Assembly (NCBI GenBank): GCA_963812605.1
Contig: CAWEWF010000001.1
Coordinates: 544,001 to 608,000 of the forward strand
Origin: an uncultured Verrucomicrobiae bacterium
GTDB taxonomy: Bacteria; Verrucomicrobiota; Verrucomicrobiia; Palsa-1439
Direction of reading: 5' to 3'
DNA: 64,000 nt
The position numbers and the translations under genes are program-made. This document shows positions 13,319-24,380 of this stretch, in pieces. Position 1 is the first letter of the stretch; every line of letters begins with the position of its first letter. Under the pieces are notes generated by a model, which saw nothing but the letters and a program-made list of their open reading frames with translations, made no database searches and was not told the DNA's origin.

Positions 13319-13388
13319 AGTCGAGTCGAGGCAAGCAATTTTTTCGGGATTTGCCGCGCGCGCCTGAGCGTGTTATGAACAACCACCA

Positions 13389-14256
13389 ATGCGCCGCGCT
13401 GTCATCGATATCGGGACGAATACTGTGAAGGTTCTTGTTGCGGATGTGCAACAGGGTCAAGTAGTTCCGGCTTTAACGAAAGACTGCACGACGCGGCTTG
13501 GCGAAGGCGTCAACGAGTGCCAACAGCTTTCGACCCCAGCGATTGCCCGAACCTTGCAGGCCATCGACGAGTTTCTTGCGGAGGCGCAGGCGCTGGGGGC
13601 GACGAATACCATCGCGCTGACCACCAGCGCTTGTCGCGACGCAGCCAACCGCCATGAGTTCTTCGATGCGGTGCGCGGGAAATGCGGGCTCGAGGTGGAG
13701 TTGATCTCGGGCGACCGCGAAGCAGAGTTGATTTTTCACGGGGTGTCGAGCGACCCGGAATGGACGGGCGCGCCGCTTTTGGTGATGGATGTCGGGGGCG
13801 GGAGCGCTGAGTTCATCCAGGGGCGGGATGGGAAGATGGAACTGTTCCAGAGTTTGCCGCTTGGGGCGTTGCGACTTACCGAACAATTCGGCGAGGGTAA
13901 ACTGGCAGAACTCCGCGAGCATCTGCGCGCGGTTTTGCGTCCGGCGCTGGCCGCGTATGGAATCAGCGGCGGCCGGATGATTGGCACCGGCGGAACGATC
14001 ACGACTTTTGCGCGGATGCAGCATGGCGAGGTGGATCACACGACAATTTCGCAGGACGCGCTGCTCGAGGTTGGTAGAGCAGTTGGATGCGATGCCGCTG
14101 GCCGAACGAAAAAAGGTGGCCGGTTTGCCTGCCGAGCGGGCGGACATCATCGTCGCGGGTGGCGCCGTATTTCTTGTCGCGATGGAAATGCTGGGAGCGG
14201 CCGAATTGACGGTCAGCGTTCGCAATCTTCGCTACGGCGCGCTGCTAACGGGCTGA
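13389..14256 (+). CDS. ppx: Ppx/GppA exopolyphosphatase (frameshift near 14070)
   Basis: DIGTNTVK, DVGGGSAE, GTGGT; continues in the second frame with ERADIIVAG...LRYG. Confidence 0.88.
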
Positions 14257-14319
14257 GTCGCCGAAATATCGTCCTTGTCATCGGCGGCATCCCGGAACAA
14301 ATTGCGTCAGCGTGGATTG

Positions 14320-15151
14320 ATGAAGGCGGCCTCAAATCCGATTGACGGAGCCGTGGCGGTCCGCACCCTTGCGGATCGTGTCGGCGCGCGAATCATCGGC
14401 ACGCTTGAAGTCTTGCGGGAACTGGGCGCGTTTGCCGTCATCACGCTGGGGGTCACGCTCACCAAATTCAACACGTCCCGGCGCGTGGTCTATCCGCTGA
14501 TCTATACGCAGATCTGGAACGCGGGGGTGCGGCTGTTGCCGATGATCGGTTTCATCGGCGCGGCGCTGGGATTGGTGATTGTCGGGCAGACGGTAGCGTT
14601 GCTTTCGCGCGTCGGGGCGCAACAATATATCGGGACGGTGATGGTGACCGTGATCGTGCGCGAACTTGGCCCGCTGACGACGGCGCTGATCGTCCTGGCG
14701 CGCGCGGGCACCGCGAATGTTGTCGAACTCGGCACGATGCGGGCGCTCGGGCGAAATCGAAGCGTTGGAATCACTGGGGATCGACCCGATCCACTACCTC
14801 GTCATGCCGCGCGTGATTGGTTTGGCGACGGCGGTGTTTTGCCTCACGACGTACCTGGTGCTCATCGCGATTGCCGGCGGTTATCTTTTTGCGTTTTTGG
14901 AGGACGTGCCGCTGACACTGCCCAATTACCTCGAGCAACTCAACAACGCGCTGCGCTGGGAGGATTTTGCGTTGTTCGCGCTGAAGACGACCCTGTTCGG
15001 CGGCGTTATTGCGGTGGTGAATTGTTATCACGGGCTGGCGCGTCCGCTCAATGTCGAGGAAGTCTCGCGGGTGACCGCGCGCGCGGTGGTCGAGAGCGTG
15101 ACGGCCTGCGTGCTGCTCGACGCCTTTTTCCTGCTGGGCTACCTGTTTTGA
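14320..15151 (+). CDS. mlaE: MlaE-family ABC permease (frameshift near 14750)
   Basis: VRELGPLTTALIVLARAG..ELGTM joined to EIEALESLGIDPIHYLVMPR. Confidence 0.88.
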
Positions 15152-15159
15152 CGACGCAC

Positions 15160-16102
15160 ATGAAAACGAATCGACCTTTGCGTTGGTATCACATTCGCTG
15201 GCAGACGGCGGTCATTGTGATCGTCGGATATTTCGTTGCGCGGTATTTTCTTTTTGGACGATTCAAACATCCAATGGGTTCGGGTCCCGCGGGGCCGGCG
15301 GTTGCCGCCGAGGCTTTTCAAAAGGCGTGGTCAACGAACGAATTCGTTCTCGTCGGTATCGGCGACAGCGTGACGGCCGGGTTTGGAGCGAGCGAGAAAC
15401 ACGACTATTTCGACCTGCTCTTACAGAATGACGATACAAAGTATCCCGAGATGCAGGGGCGGGATTTGCAGCATGTGCTGACCCATCTTGCGCACCAGAA
15501 TCTTTCTGTCTCCTACACCGTGTCGGAAGAGCACCTGGACCAGTTGCCCGGAGTGAAACCGCAGCCGCTCTCCGTGCGCGGTATCGTGGTTGTCACCACG
15601 GGAGGCAACGATTTGATTCACGATTATGGCCGCTCGGCGCCTCGCGATGGCGCGATGTACGGCTGCACCTACGAACAGGCGTTACAATGGAAGGAGAACT
15701 TTCGCGTTCGACTGAAGGCGATCCTTAACGGCTTGATGCGGAAGTTTCCCGGTCGGCTGCGAGATTTTCTTGGCCAACATTTACGACCCGACCGATGGGG
15801 TGGGTGACATCGAGCACGCGCATCTGATGCTGCCCGCGTGGCCGGACGGGCTGAAAATACTGCCGCTTTTCAATGATACTATCGCCGAGACGTGCCGTGC
15901 CTACACCAACGTCCATCTCGTGGATTTCCACGCGGCATTTCTGGGGCATGGCATCCATTGTACCGACCGTCGCAACGCGAATTACCGCAAGGAAGATCCG
16001 TACTATTGGTACTTTGACAACCTGGAGGACCCGAACGATCGCGGGTACGATGCGATCCGCCGATTATTTCTTATCGAGATGAGCAAGGTGTTATCACCAT
16101 GA
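15160..16102 (+). CDS. membrane-anchored SGNH/GDSL hydrolase (frameshift near 15754)
   Basis: IGDSVTAG, TGGNDL; second frame ANIYDP...EDPNDRGY. Confidence 0.82.
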
Positions 16103-16895
16103 GTGACGATGCTGTTAACCAAGGCGAAGACGGACGCCGCGGTCATCGAACTGGCGGGCGTGCAGGTTTCTTATATGGACGCGCCGGAGGTGGTGCTGGT
16201 AGAGGATGTAAACTGGCGCGTTGGAGCTGGCGATTTCTGGGTGGTTAGCGGCCGGCCGTTGAGCGGGAGATCGGCGTTATTAATGACGGCAGCGGGACTC
16301 AATCGGCCGGTGCGCGGGACTTTGCGGATTCTGGGGCAGGACGTGGCGCAGGCGCATGAGAAGGACCGCGTGAATTGGCGGCAGCGCATCGGCTATGTTT
16401 TCGAGAACAGCGGACGACTATTCAGTCTTTTGAACGTGGCCCAGAACATCGCCCTGCCGATGCAGTATCATCCGGGCCTGGAGGAGGACGCCATTGCTGC
16501 GAAGGTAAATGAATTGCTCACGCTCACGGAGTTGCAGGATTACGCGGGCGCAAATGCCGAGCCACCTGAGCCTGAGCATTCAACAGCGCGTTGGTTTGGC
16601 CCGCGCGCTGGCGTTATCCGTTGAGGTATTGTTCCTGGACAATCCGCTTTCGACATTATCGCTCCGCGAATGTCGCTGGTGGCTGGATTTTTTGCGGCAA
16701 TTGCAGGAGAGTCATTGTGCCCAAGGGAAGCCGCTGACGCTGGTGGCCAGCGCGGACGATTTTCGTGGTTGGGCGGACGTTGCGAGCCATTTTGCGGTGG
16801 TGGAAGGCAGGCACTTCCACGCCGTTGGCGGACGCGAACAACTGTCGGCCAGCACCGAGCCGGTCGTGCAGGATTTTTTGGCGAAGGGACTTTGA
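16103..16895 (+). CDS. MlaF-like ABC ATP-binding protein, degenerate motifs (frameshift near 16550)
   Basis: GRPLSGRS Walker A-like, RIGYVFE, QRVGLARAL, LFLDNP. Confidence 0.8.
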
Positions 16896-16896
16896 T

Positions 16897-17920
16897 ATGG
16901 CGATACAGGATTTAACTCCCCAATTACGGACGCGATTGCGTCGCGTCGAGAAGATCGTCGGCGCTTTTGTAATCCTGGCGACGCTCGTGCTGTTGGTGGG
17001 GTTTGGGTATTACCTGTACCACACCGGCCAACGCAAAGGCTGGTTCATCCCGAAGTGTCCGTACTTTACCTTCGTGCAAAGCGCCGAAGGATTGAAAGTC
17101 GGCGATCCCGTCGTACTCATGGGATTTGAGGTCGGCAACATCACCACCATCACCGCGCAATCCCCTGCTGAGCATCGAGTCTTCGTCGGGATGGAAGTTC
17201 GGCAACCCTACTACGGCTATATTTGGTCGGATTCGAAGGTACGCGTCGCGGCGGTGGGTTTGCTGGGTGGTCGTGGTTTGGAGATCACGGCCGGTGAGAC
17301 GGGGATGCCGACAGTCAAGGAGGCTGGCGGAATCATAACGGAGTTGTGGATTCAAGATCACTGGGTGCCAATTGAGAAAGCGCGCAAGGGGGTTCGCCTC
17401 GATCCCGATGAACAACCCTCGCTCAGCGATCGCGCGCAGAAACTGGTCGAGCACCGTCGAGCGGGCGCTGCCCAACATTCTCGGGCTGACGAACCAACTT
17501 TACACCGTGTTGACCAATACCGCGCAACTCACCGCCAGCGCGAACCAGATGGTTGCCGACGTGCATCCGCTGCTCACCAACCTGACCGTCATCACCGAGA
17601 ACCTTCGCGACCCGCACGGTTCGTTCGGCGAATGGCTCATCCCGGGCGACCTGCATACGAATGTAAACACGAACCTCGTGGTCATCGCCGCGAGCCTGAA
17701 TACCACGATCCTGAACCTTGCCGCCATCACCAGCAACCTCAACGTCCAGGTCGAGTCCAACGACAAGATGCTTACGCGGATCTCCAGCCTTGTCATCGAT
17801 ACCGACAACCTCGTGCAAGGTTTGAAGAAGCACTGGCTCCTGCGGGGTGTCTTCCAGAAGATGAACAGTCAGACCAACGCGCCGCCGGCAACTGTGACGC
17901 CAGCGGGACAAAAGAAGTAA
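16897..17920 (+). CDS. mlaD: MlaD/MCE family protein (frameshift near 17450)
   Basis: TM helix, AEGLKVGDPVVLMGFEVG, GLLGGRGLEI, helical C-terminus ending HWLLRG. Confidence 0.85.
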
Positions 17921-17933
17921 TGAGAGCCGCTTC

Positions 17934-18173
17934 TCACGAATCTGTCCATCGGACGATCAACCAAAGGGCCAGGAAGATCAGGGCGCCGATCCCCATCGCG
18001 CCGGCGCCAAGATGGATTGCGAATTTCGCGACTTCCTGCTTGTCGGACGGCGCGAGCAAGCCTGTGACCACACCAGCCAGTCCCATAAGAATCAACAGAG
18101 TCCCCAGAGAGACAAAAATGACTTTGTACTCGGTAGGGGTGGCTGGTTCGGTTGGTGGTCGGAACCAAAACAT
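17934..18173 (-). CDS. small two-TM hypothetical protein
   Basis: Two clear hydrophobic helices; 2 bp downstream of the next ORF. Confidence 0.55.
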   Translation of the reverse strand: MFWFRPPTEPATPTEYKVIFVSLGTLLILMGLAGVVTGLLAPSDKQEVAKFAIHLGAGAMGIGALIFLALWLIVRWTDS

Positions 18174-18175
18174 AT

Positions 18176-18850
18176 TCAGTTCAACGTTTTGGAACTGAGC
18201 CCCTTGGCAACTTCAGGACAGGCATCGCTCAGATTATCCAAGTTTTCGTGATCGATTGTAAAAGCAACCGATTCCCGGCCCTCACTCCGGGCAATCCTTA
18301 CAACGAAGATCGTGTCATAATCATCGCGCGGCCAGGATGGAACTCGTGTTGGGTCTCCGCCATAATCTTTCACCAGAGCCCTAACAAAATCATCGAGCAG
18401 AACATGTTCCCAAGCGATGAAAATAGTGGCGCTTTTGTAAGCCGGTTTCTGAAGTTCGTTCTCGAGGTTTTTGATTTCTTTGGAGCCAAATTGCACATTG
18501 ACCGGCAGGCCGCAGCGCACGGCGGTGGGCTCGATGGTCATCAGTGGACGGATATAGAAATGTCCTTCCTTACCGTCTTTCCCGTCCGCCTTTTGAGTGG
18601 GATTGGCCGCGAAAACAAACTGTGGCGAACCGTATTTCGCGAGTAACACCGTGGGCAGGGCCAGGGCGCGATTGAGGCCGCGGCAGGTCAATTGCCCAAG
18701 TCCGTCGGGTGGTTTTTCTCCATGGCGGATGCAGACGATGGTTTCGACGGTTTGCGTGGAAGCGACAGAAGAAACAGCCGAGTTGGTTTGTGCATCAGTG
18801 TGAATGCAAATTGTGAACCCGATAAAGAATATGGTGAGCAGGCTTTTCAT
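18176..18850 (-). CDS. secreted histidine-phosphatase-like protein
   Basis: Signal peptide, IRHGEKP, RPLMTIEP, AWEH. Confidence 0.75.
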   Translation of the reverse strand: MKSLLTIFFIGFTICIHTDAQTNSAVSSVASTQTVETIVCIRHGEKPPDGLGQLTCRGLNRALALPTVLLAKYGSPQFVFAANPTQKADGKDGKEGHFYIRPLMTIEPTAVRCGLPVNVQFGSKEIKNLENELQKPAYKSATIFIAWEHVLLDDFVRALVKDYGGDPTRVPSWPRDDYDTIFVVRIARSEGRESVAFTIDHENLDNLSDACPEVAKGLSSKTLN

Positions 18851-19108
18851 AACATGGTGAAGAGCTTAATTTGGGACTTTGGGCGCCGCAAGCTGAAAGG
18901 CCGAGAGGTTTATATGGCTTCACGCTGGACATCGAATTCCGATAATGGTAGGATTGGGTATGTGCTTGAACACGGCAAGCCCACATCGCGAGGGCCCAAG
19001 ACCCCTCACCTCAATCCTTCGCTCCGAATTCCGGCTCGGAGTTCGTGGCGTGTCGCAGTTCGGCCCCCCCAAGGAGAGAGGAAGGACGCGAAAACATGTA
19101 TTTCTGCG

Positions 19109-19205
19109 AAACGAACCGGATTGGAAACCCTGTTATTTTCAATGCAACTATCAGAATGATAACCGGTTATGGCGACAGCCTCAAATTTTTCAATCCGGTT
19201 CGTTT
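19109..19205. repeat. MITE-like unit with a 15-bp perfect inverted repeat (AAACGAACCGGATTG)
   Basis: 19109-19123 is the reverse complement of 19191-19205; intergenic. Confidence 0.6.
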
Positions 19206-19271
19206 GGCGGCATTTTCGGCAGGTTCGGAATGACTTTTGAGGGTGACTGACTGTAAAGTGCGACCCGCATC

Positions 19272-19904
19272 ATGATGAAATCCAGGCCCTGGCTTCCGTA
19301 TGTCGTGCCGATGGCGATTTACTCGGCGTTCCTGCTGGTGCAGCCGTACGCGAATCTGTTGTGGATTTATCCGGCGAAGACCCTCGCGGTGGCGGCGGCG
19401 CTGATTTATTTTCGCAAGGAGTACGAGGAGTTGCGGCCGGGGTTTTCCCTGCTGGCGGTCATTGTCGGTCTCGTGGCGATTGCGATCTGGATCGCCATCG
19501 ATCCGTTTTATCCCAAGCATGAAAGTGGGGCGGCGTTCGACCCCACGACCATCTCCTCGCTGGCGCAACGGAATATGTTCCTCGTGTTTCGCGTCGTGGG
19601 CGCGGTGCTCGTGGTGCCGGTGATGGAGGAATTGTTCTGGCGCGCGTTCCTGATTCGCTGGTTGGTGAACGAAGACTTCAAGAGCGTGCCGGTCGGCACG
19701 TTCACCGGGCTTTCGTTCGCGGTGACGGTGGCGCTGTTCGGGGCGGAACACACGCAATGGCTGGCGGGGTTGATTTGCGGGGCGCTGTACAATTGGCTCT
19801 ACTACAAACGCAAGGATGTGTTCGCGTGCGTCATCGCCCACGCAGTCAGCAACGCGGCGCTGGCGGCATGGGTCTTGTCGCGCGGCGATTGGAAATTCTG
19901 GTGA
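19272..19904 (+). CDS. CAAX/CPBP intramembrane protease-related protein (exosortase-associated type)
   Basis: VPVMEELFWRAFLIR, LFGAEH, IAHAVSN. Confidence 0.88.
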   Translation: MMKSRPWLPYVVPMAIYSAFLLVQPYANLLWIYPAKTLAVAAALIYFRKEYEELRPGFSLLAVIVGLVAIAIWIAIDPFYPKHESGAAFDPTTISSLAQRNMFLVFRVVGAVLVVPVMEELFWRAFLIRWLVNEDFKSVPVGTFTGLSFAVTVALFGAEHTQWLAGLICGALYNWLYYKRKDVFACVIAHAVSNAALAAWVLSRGDWKFW

Positions 19905-19911
19905 GTGGAAC

Positions 19912-21630
19912 ATGAAATCGGACCGCAGCGAGGGCGGAGCGACGCAGCCGGCGCAAGATCGCTCGAATCGCATTCTCATTTACTTGCTCTTTGCGGTTTC
20001 CGTGATTTCGCTCTGGGTCTTTCGGCCCGTGCTCGCCAACGGCTTCGTCAATTGGGACGACCAGATCTACCTCGCGGAACTGGCGCGGATGGGAAAATTT
20101 TCCTGGTCGTCACTGCGCTGGATGTGGACCTCGCTGCAGCCGTTCTATCTCCAGCCGATCGCGTGGATGACGCACTTGGCGGATTACCAGCTTTGGGGGA
20201 TGGATGCGGTCGGGCATCACGCGACGAACTGGCTGTTGCATGGAATTTACGTCGCGCTCGTGGGGACTTTAGTGTGGCTGCTGACCGGGGCGGCGGGAAA
20301 TGTTCGCCGCCGGAACGGCTGGCGATGAGCGCGGGAATCGCCCTGGTTTGCGGGATTCATCCCTTGCAGGTCGAATCGGTGGCGTGGGTGGCCGCGCGCA
20401 ACGGATTGCTGTGCTCGGTATGGATGGTGGCGACGTTGTGCGCGTATGTGCGCGCGGTCGGAAGCGGCGGCAAACCAAAACGCGGTTGGTGGTGGACGAC
20501 CATCGCGCTGCAGGCGGTCGCGCTCCTGACGAAACCTTTTGCCGTGAGCCTGCCGCTGGTGATGCTTGCGCTGGATTTTTTTCCGTTGCGCCGGCACGTG
20601 GAACGTGGCTGGTGGCGTTTGCTCGGTGAAAAGTGGCCGATGATCGCGCTGAGCGCTGCGGCGGCGGTGGGAGCAATCGCGGCGCAGGAACATCCTAGAG
20701 AGCCTGGTCGAATACACGTTTTGGGCGCGGGTCCTGGTGGCGACGCGGGGCGTGGTTTTCTACCTGTGGAAACTGATTTGGCCCGCATGGCTCTCGCCGT
20801 TTTATCCGTTGGACAGCCGCATCAGCCTGCACAGCGAGGAGTTTCTGGTGCCCTTGTTGTTTTGCGCGGTCGTCACGGCCGTGGCGGTCTGGCAACGAAA
20901 TCGCATGCCGGCGCTGACAGCGGCGTGGTGGAGTTACCTTGCTGTGCTCGGGCCCGTGTTGGGCTTGTTACAAGTGGGAGGCCAGGCGGTGGCGGACCGT
21001 TACGCCTATCTCGCGATGGTGCCGGCGCTGATGGCGCTCGCCAGCGTGATGTTATGGTTGTGGCGACGCGGCTCGGGGCTCTTCAAGACGGTGCTCTATG
21101 TGGTGCTGGGGCTGTGGTTTGTTTTTCTGGGGTTATCGACGCGCAAGCAGATCCGCGTCTGGCACGATGACCTGTCATTGTGGGGCGCGGTGCTGGAGCC
21201 CTTTCCCAACGATCCCCTGGCGAACTACAATACGGCGCTGGCGTTGTTGAAAAGGGGACATCTGGCGGAAGCTCGCGTGGCGGCTGAGCGGGCGGTGAAC
21301 TACTCCGATCCGCGCACGCCCCAACTGCCGGTGGCGCGCGCGACACTCGGCGTGATTTATCTCAAGACCCACGCGTACAACCTGGCTGTCGAGCAACTCC
21401 AGCAGGCCGTCAAAGCGGACGGGACATTGTGGACGGCGCGATACAACCTGGCGTGCTCGTATGCGCGGTTGGATCGCCTGCCCGAAGCGTACGAGGAATT
21501 GCACGCGGTGATTACGGCGCAACCGGAGTATGCCGCGCTGGCCGCGCGCGATGGCGAACTGGTCTCGCTGCGCGACAACCCCGCCTACACGGAGCGGTTT
21601 ACCGCGTTGATCGGCGGCAAAGGAAGATGA
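19912..21630 (+). CDS. TMTC-like GT-C membrane protein with TPRs (frameshifts near 20305 and 20695)
   Basis: FVNWDD, HPLQVESVAWVAAR, ADRYAY, VWHDDLSLW, C-terminal TPRs. Confidence 0.85.
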
Positions 21631-21660
21631 CGTTGGCGAAGCGGCGAGTTATAGTGGGCC

Positions 21661-22155
21661 ATGGGAATACCGACACGGCTGATTGATTTTCTGGATCAAA
21701 GCAAAGTCCGTTATGAGATTTTGCATCATCCCGAGGCCTTCACGTCGCACGAACTCGCGGCCATCGAGCACGTGAAAGGAAAGGACCGCGCCAAAGTGGT
21801 GATGGTCAAGACGGGTGAGGAAATACTCATGGCGGTACTGCCGACGGACCGTCGTATCGACCTGGAAAAGCTGGCCGGGATTACGGGCCGTCCAACGACG
21901 GTGGCGGTGGAGACGGAGTTCAAGCCGCTGTTTCCCGATTGCGCCATCGGCACGATGCCGCCCTTCGGTCATTTATATGGCGTGGCGACTTACGTGGACC
22001 GGAGCGTAACCGAGGCCGACAAGTTGGTGTTTGAAGCGGGTACCCACAGCGATGCGATCAAAATGAAATACGCCGATTACGAACGGCTGGCAAAACCGAC
22101 CATGGCGGATTTCGCGGTGAAATTGAACGCCGGGCAAGCGACGGCAACAAAATGA
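21661..22155 (+). CDS. YbaK/EbsC aminoacyl-tRNA editing domain protein
   Basis: AKVVMVK, GTMPPFG, FEAGTH. Confidence 0.92.
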   Translation: MGIPTRLIDFLDQSKVRYEILHHPEAFTSHELAAIEHVKGKDRAKVVMVKTGEEILMAVLPTDRRIDLEKLAGITGRPTTVAVETEFKPLFPDCAIGTMPPFGHLYGVATYVDRSVTEADKLVFEAGTHSDAIKMKYADYERLAKPTMADFAVKLNAGQATATK

Positions 22156-22171
22156 TCTCGCGTCGAGAAGG

Positions 22172-24264
22172 TCAATGCGCGCCGCTTGTATCGCGGAGCC
22201 TTTGCGCTTCGGCAAGCTGGCGCCGGGCTTCCTCGTGCAATCCCTGTTGGTCCAGCACTTCCGCCAGTTCGCTGTGCACCTCGGGCGCGTCCGGTTTGAG
22301 GCGGGCCGCTTCGCGGAAATGTTCGGTGGCGTGAACCAAATCCCCGCGGCTGGCCAGAATCACCGCCAGGTTATTGTGGGCCTTGAACGCATTCGGATCC
22401 ACGCGCAACGCGGCGGTGTAGGCGGCGACGGCGTCATCGGTACGTCCCAGTTTGAGGAACAGATTGCCGAGATTGATCTGGCTGCGGGCGTTATGGGGAT
22501 CAAACCGCGCCGCCGCGGAGTAATGTGAAATGGCCTCGGCCTCGCGACCGCTCTCGGCCAGCAAATTGGCGAGGTTGTAGTGGGCCGTGGCGTTCCTCGG
22601 GTCGAGCCGCAGCACTTCCGTGAATTGCGCAATCGCTCCTTCGCGCTGGCCCATGCGGGTGAGCAATTGGGCCAGATTGAAATGCGCGGTTTGCTCGTCG
22701 GGATTGATCGCGAGCGCGGCCCCGTATTGCTCCAGCGCGGACTTGTCATCGCCTCGACCCGCCAACATGTCGGCCAGGGCCGTGTGGGCGGGGGCGTAAT
22801 CGGGCGCGTGCCGGAGCGTCTCTTGCAATTCGGCGATCGCTTGATTTGTCGCGCCACTGGCCGCCAGCGCGTTCGCCAGGTTGGCGCGCACAATCGGCTG
22901 GTTCGGGTCGATGTGCAACGCGTCGATAAAATGGGGAATCGACTCTTTCGCCCGACCGTCGTCCAGCAAGGCCAGGCCAAGGTTGGCATGGCCGCGCAAG
23001 CTCTCCGGGCGCTTGGCAACCACATCGGCCCAGATGGATTCCGCGCTATGATACTGGCCATTCCTGTGGAACGTGGCCACGCCGAGCACGAACGCCAACC
23101 CCATCACCAACCCGGCTTGCAGCCAAACCGCGGACACGATCGGGCCAGCCGAATCGCGCCCAGAGAGTTCGGCAAAGATGATCTCCTCCTCCTCACCGCG
23201 ACGACGATCACCGCCAGCAGCGGCAGATACATTCTCCGCTCGGTGGCGGGCTCGGTCGGCAAGGGCAGAAAACTGGAGGTCGGCCCCAGCAGCAGGAAGA
23301 ACCACGCGCCCCAGAATCCCCACCACCGACGACGTCGGATGGCCCACACGGTGCCGGCGAGCAGCGCCGCCAAGAGTCCCGCTGCGGGCAATGCGACGGC
23401 AAGGGCCGTTTCTCGGGGCCAGTCCGAATAATCCAGCACCAACCCTTGCGGCCATAGCGCCAGCCGCAAATAATGCGCTACGACCATCCATTGCATCTCG
23501 AAATAGTTCCAGGGGGACAGAGTGTCTACCGTAAGACCGGACTTCGATTTCAGGTTTGTTGTCAGCAGCAGGGATGCGAGCACGACCCAACTCGCAACCA
23601 GCCCCGCGTATAGCTCGGGGCGTGCGCGCAGCGCGGTTCGCCACGAGCGGGCCACGAAAATGGAATCGTAGGCGAGGACGAGCAGGGGAGTCACCACCAT
23701 GACCTCCTTCGTTCCCATCCCGAGCGTGCAAGCCATGATCGCCGCACCGAACCAGACCACCTTATGCGGGGATTCGATCCCGCGTGCGAAGCAGTACAAG
23801 GTTAGCAGGAGAAACAGCGCCATCAGTAACTCCGTCCGCTGAAACACGTACGTCACACTCTCGGTGACCAACGGATGCAGCATCCACAAAAGCGCCACGG
23901 CGTACGCGACCCATAACACACGGCTTTGATCGGCCGGCGCGACCCCCAACGCGCGCCGCACGAATCCGAACACCAACAGCGCGTTGAGAAAATGGACGAT
24001 CAGATTGAAGAGATGCCAGCCCGCCACATCGTAGCCTCCCATGGCGTAGTTAAACGCGAGGGACAGGCTGATCAATGGCCGTCCCACCAGCATGGGAAGG
24101 TCGCTGGCGATCACTTTCGACAGCGGCGAGAGCCGACGGATGGCGGGATTCTGAACAATGCTGGGGAGGTCGTCAAAAAGGAAGGGAACGTGAAACGTGT
24201 TGCGGTAAGCCGCGGCGCACAACAGCGCCAAGACCACGGGCATCCACCAACAGAATTTCCTCAT
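22172..24264 (-). CDS. TMTC-like GT-C membrane protein with TPRs (frameshift near 23190)
   Basis: FLFDD, HPLVTESVTYVFQRTE, ERRMYLP; TPR array in the second frame. Confidence 0.85.
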
Positions 24265-24380
24265 CAGCGCCTTGCGCTACACCGCCGGACCAACGGCAGG
24301 GGTAGACCGCAATTGCTTTGTAGCAGCCCGCATTCTAAGATTCAAGTCACAATGAAAAACAGGTCTGTGCCGGTGCGGTT

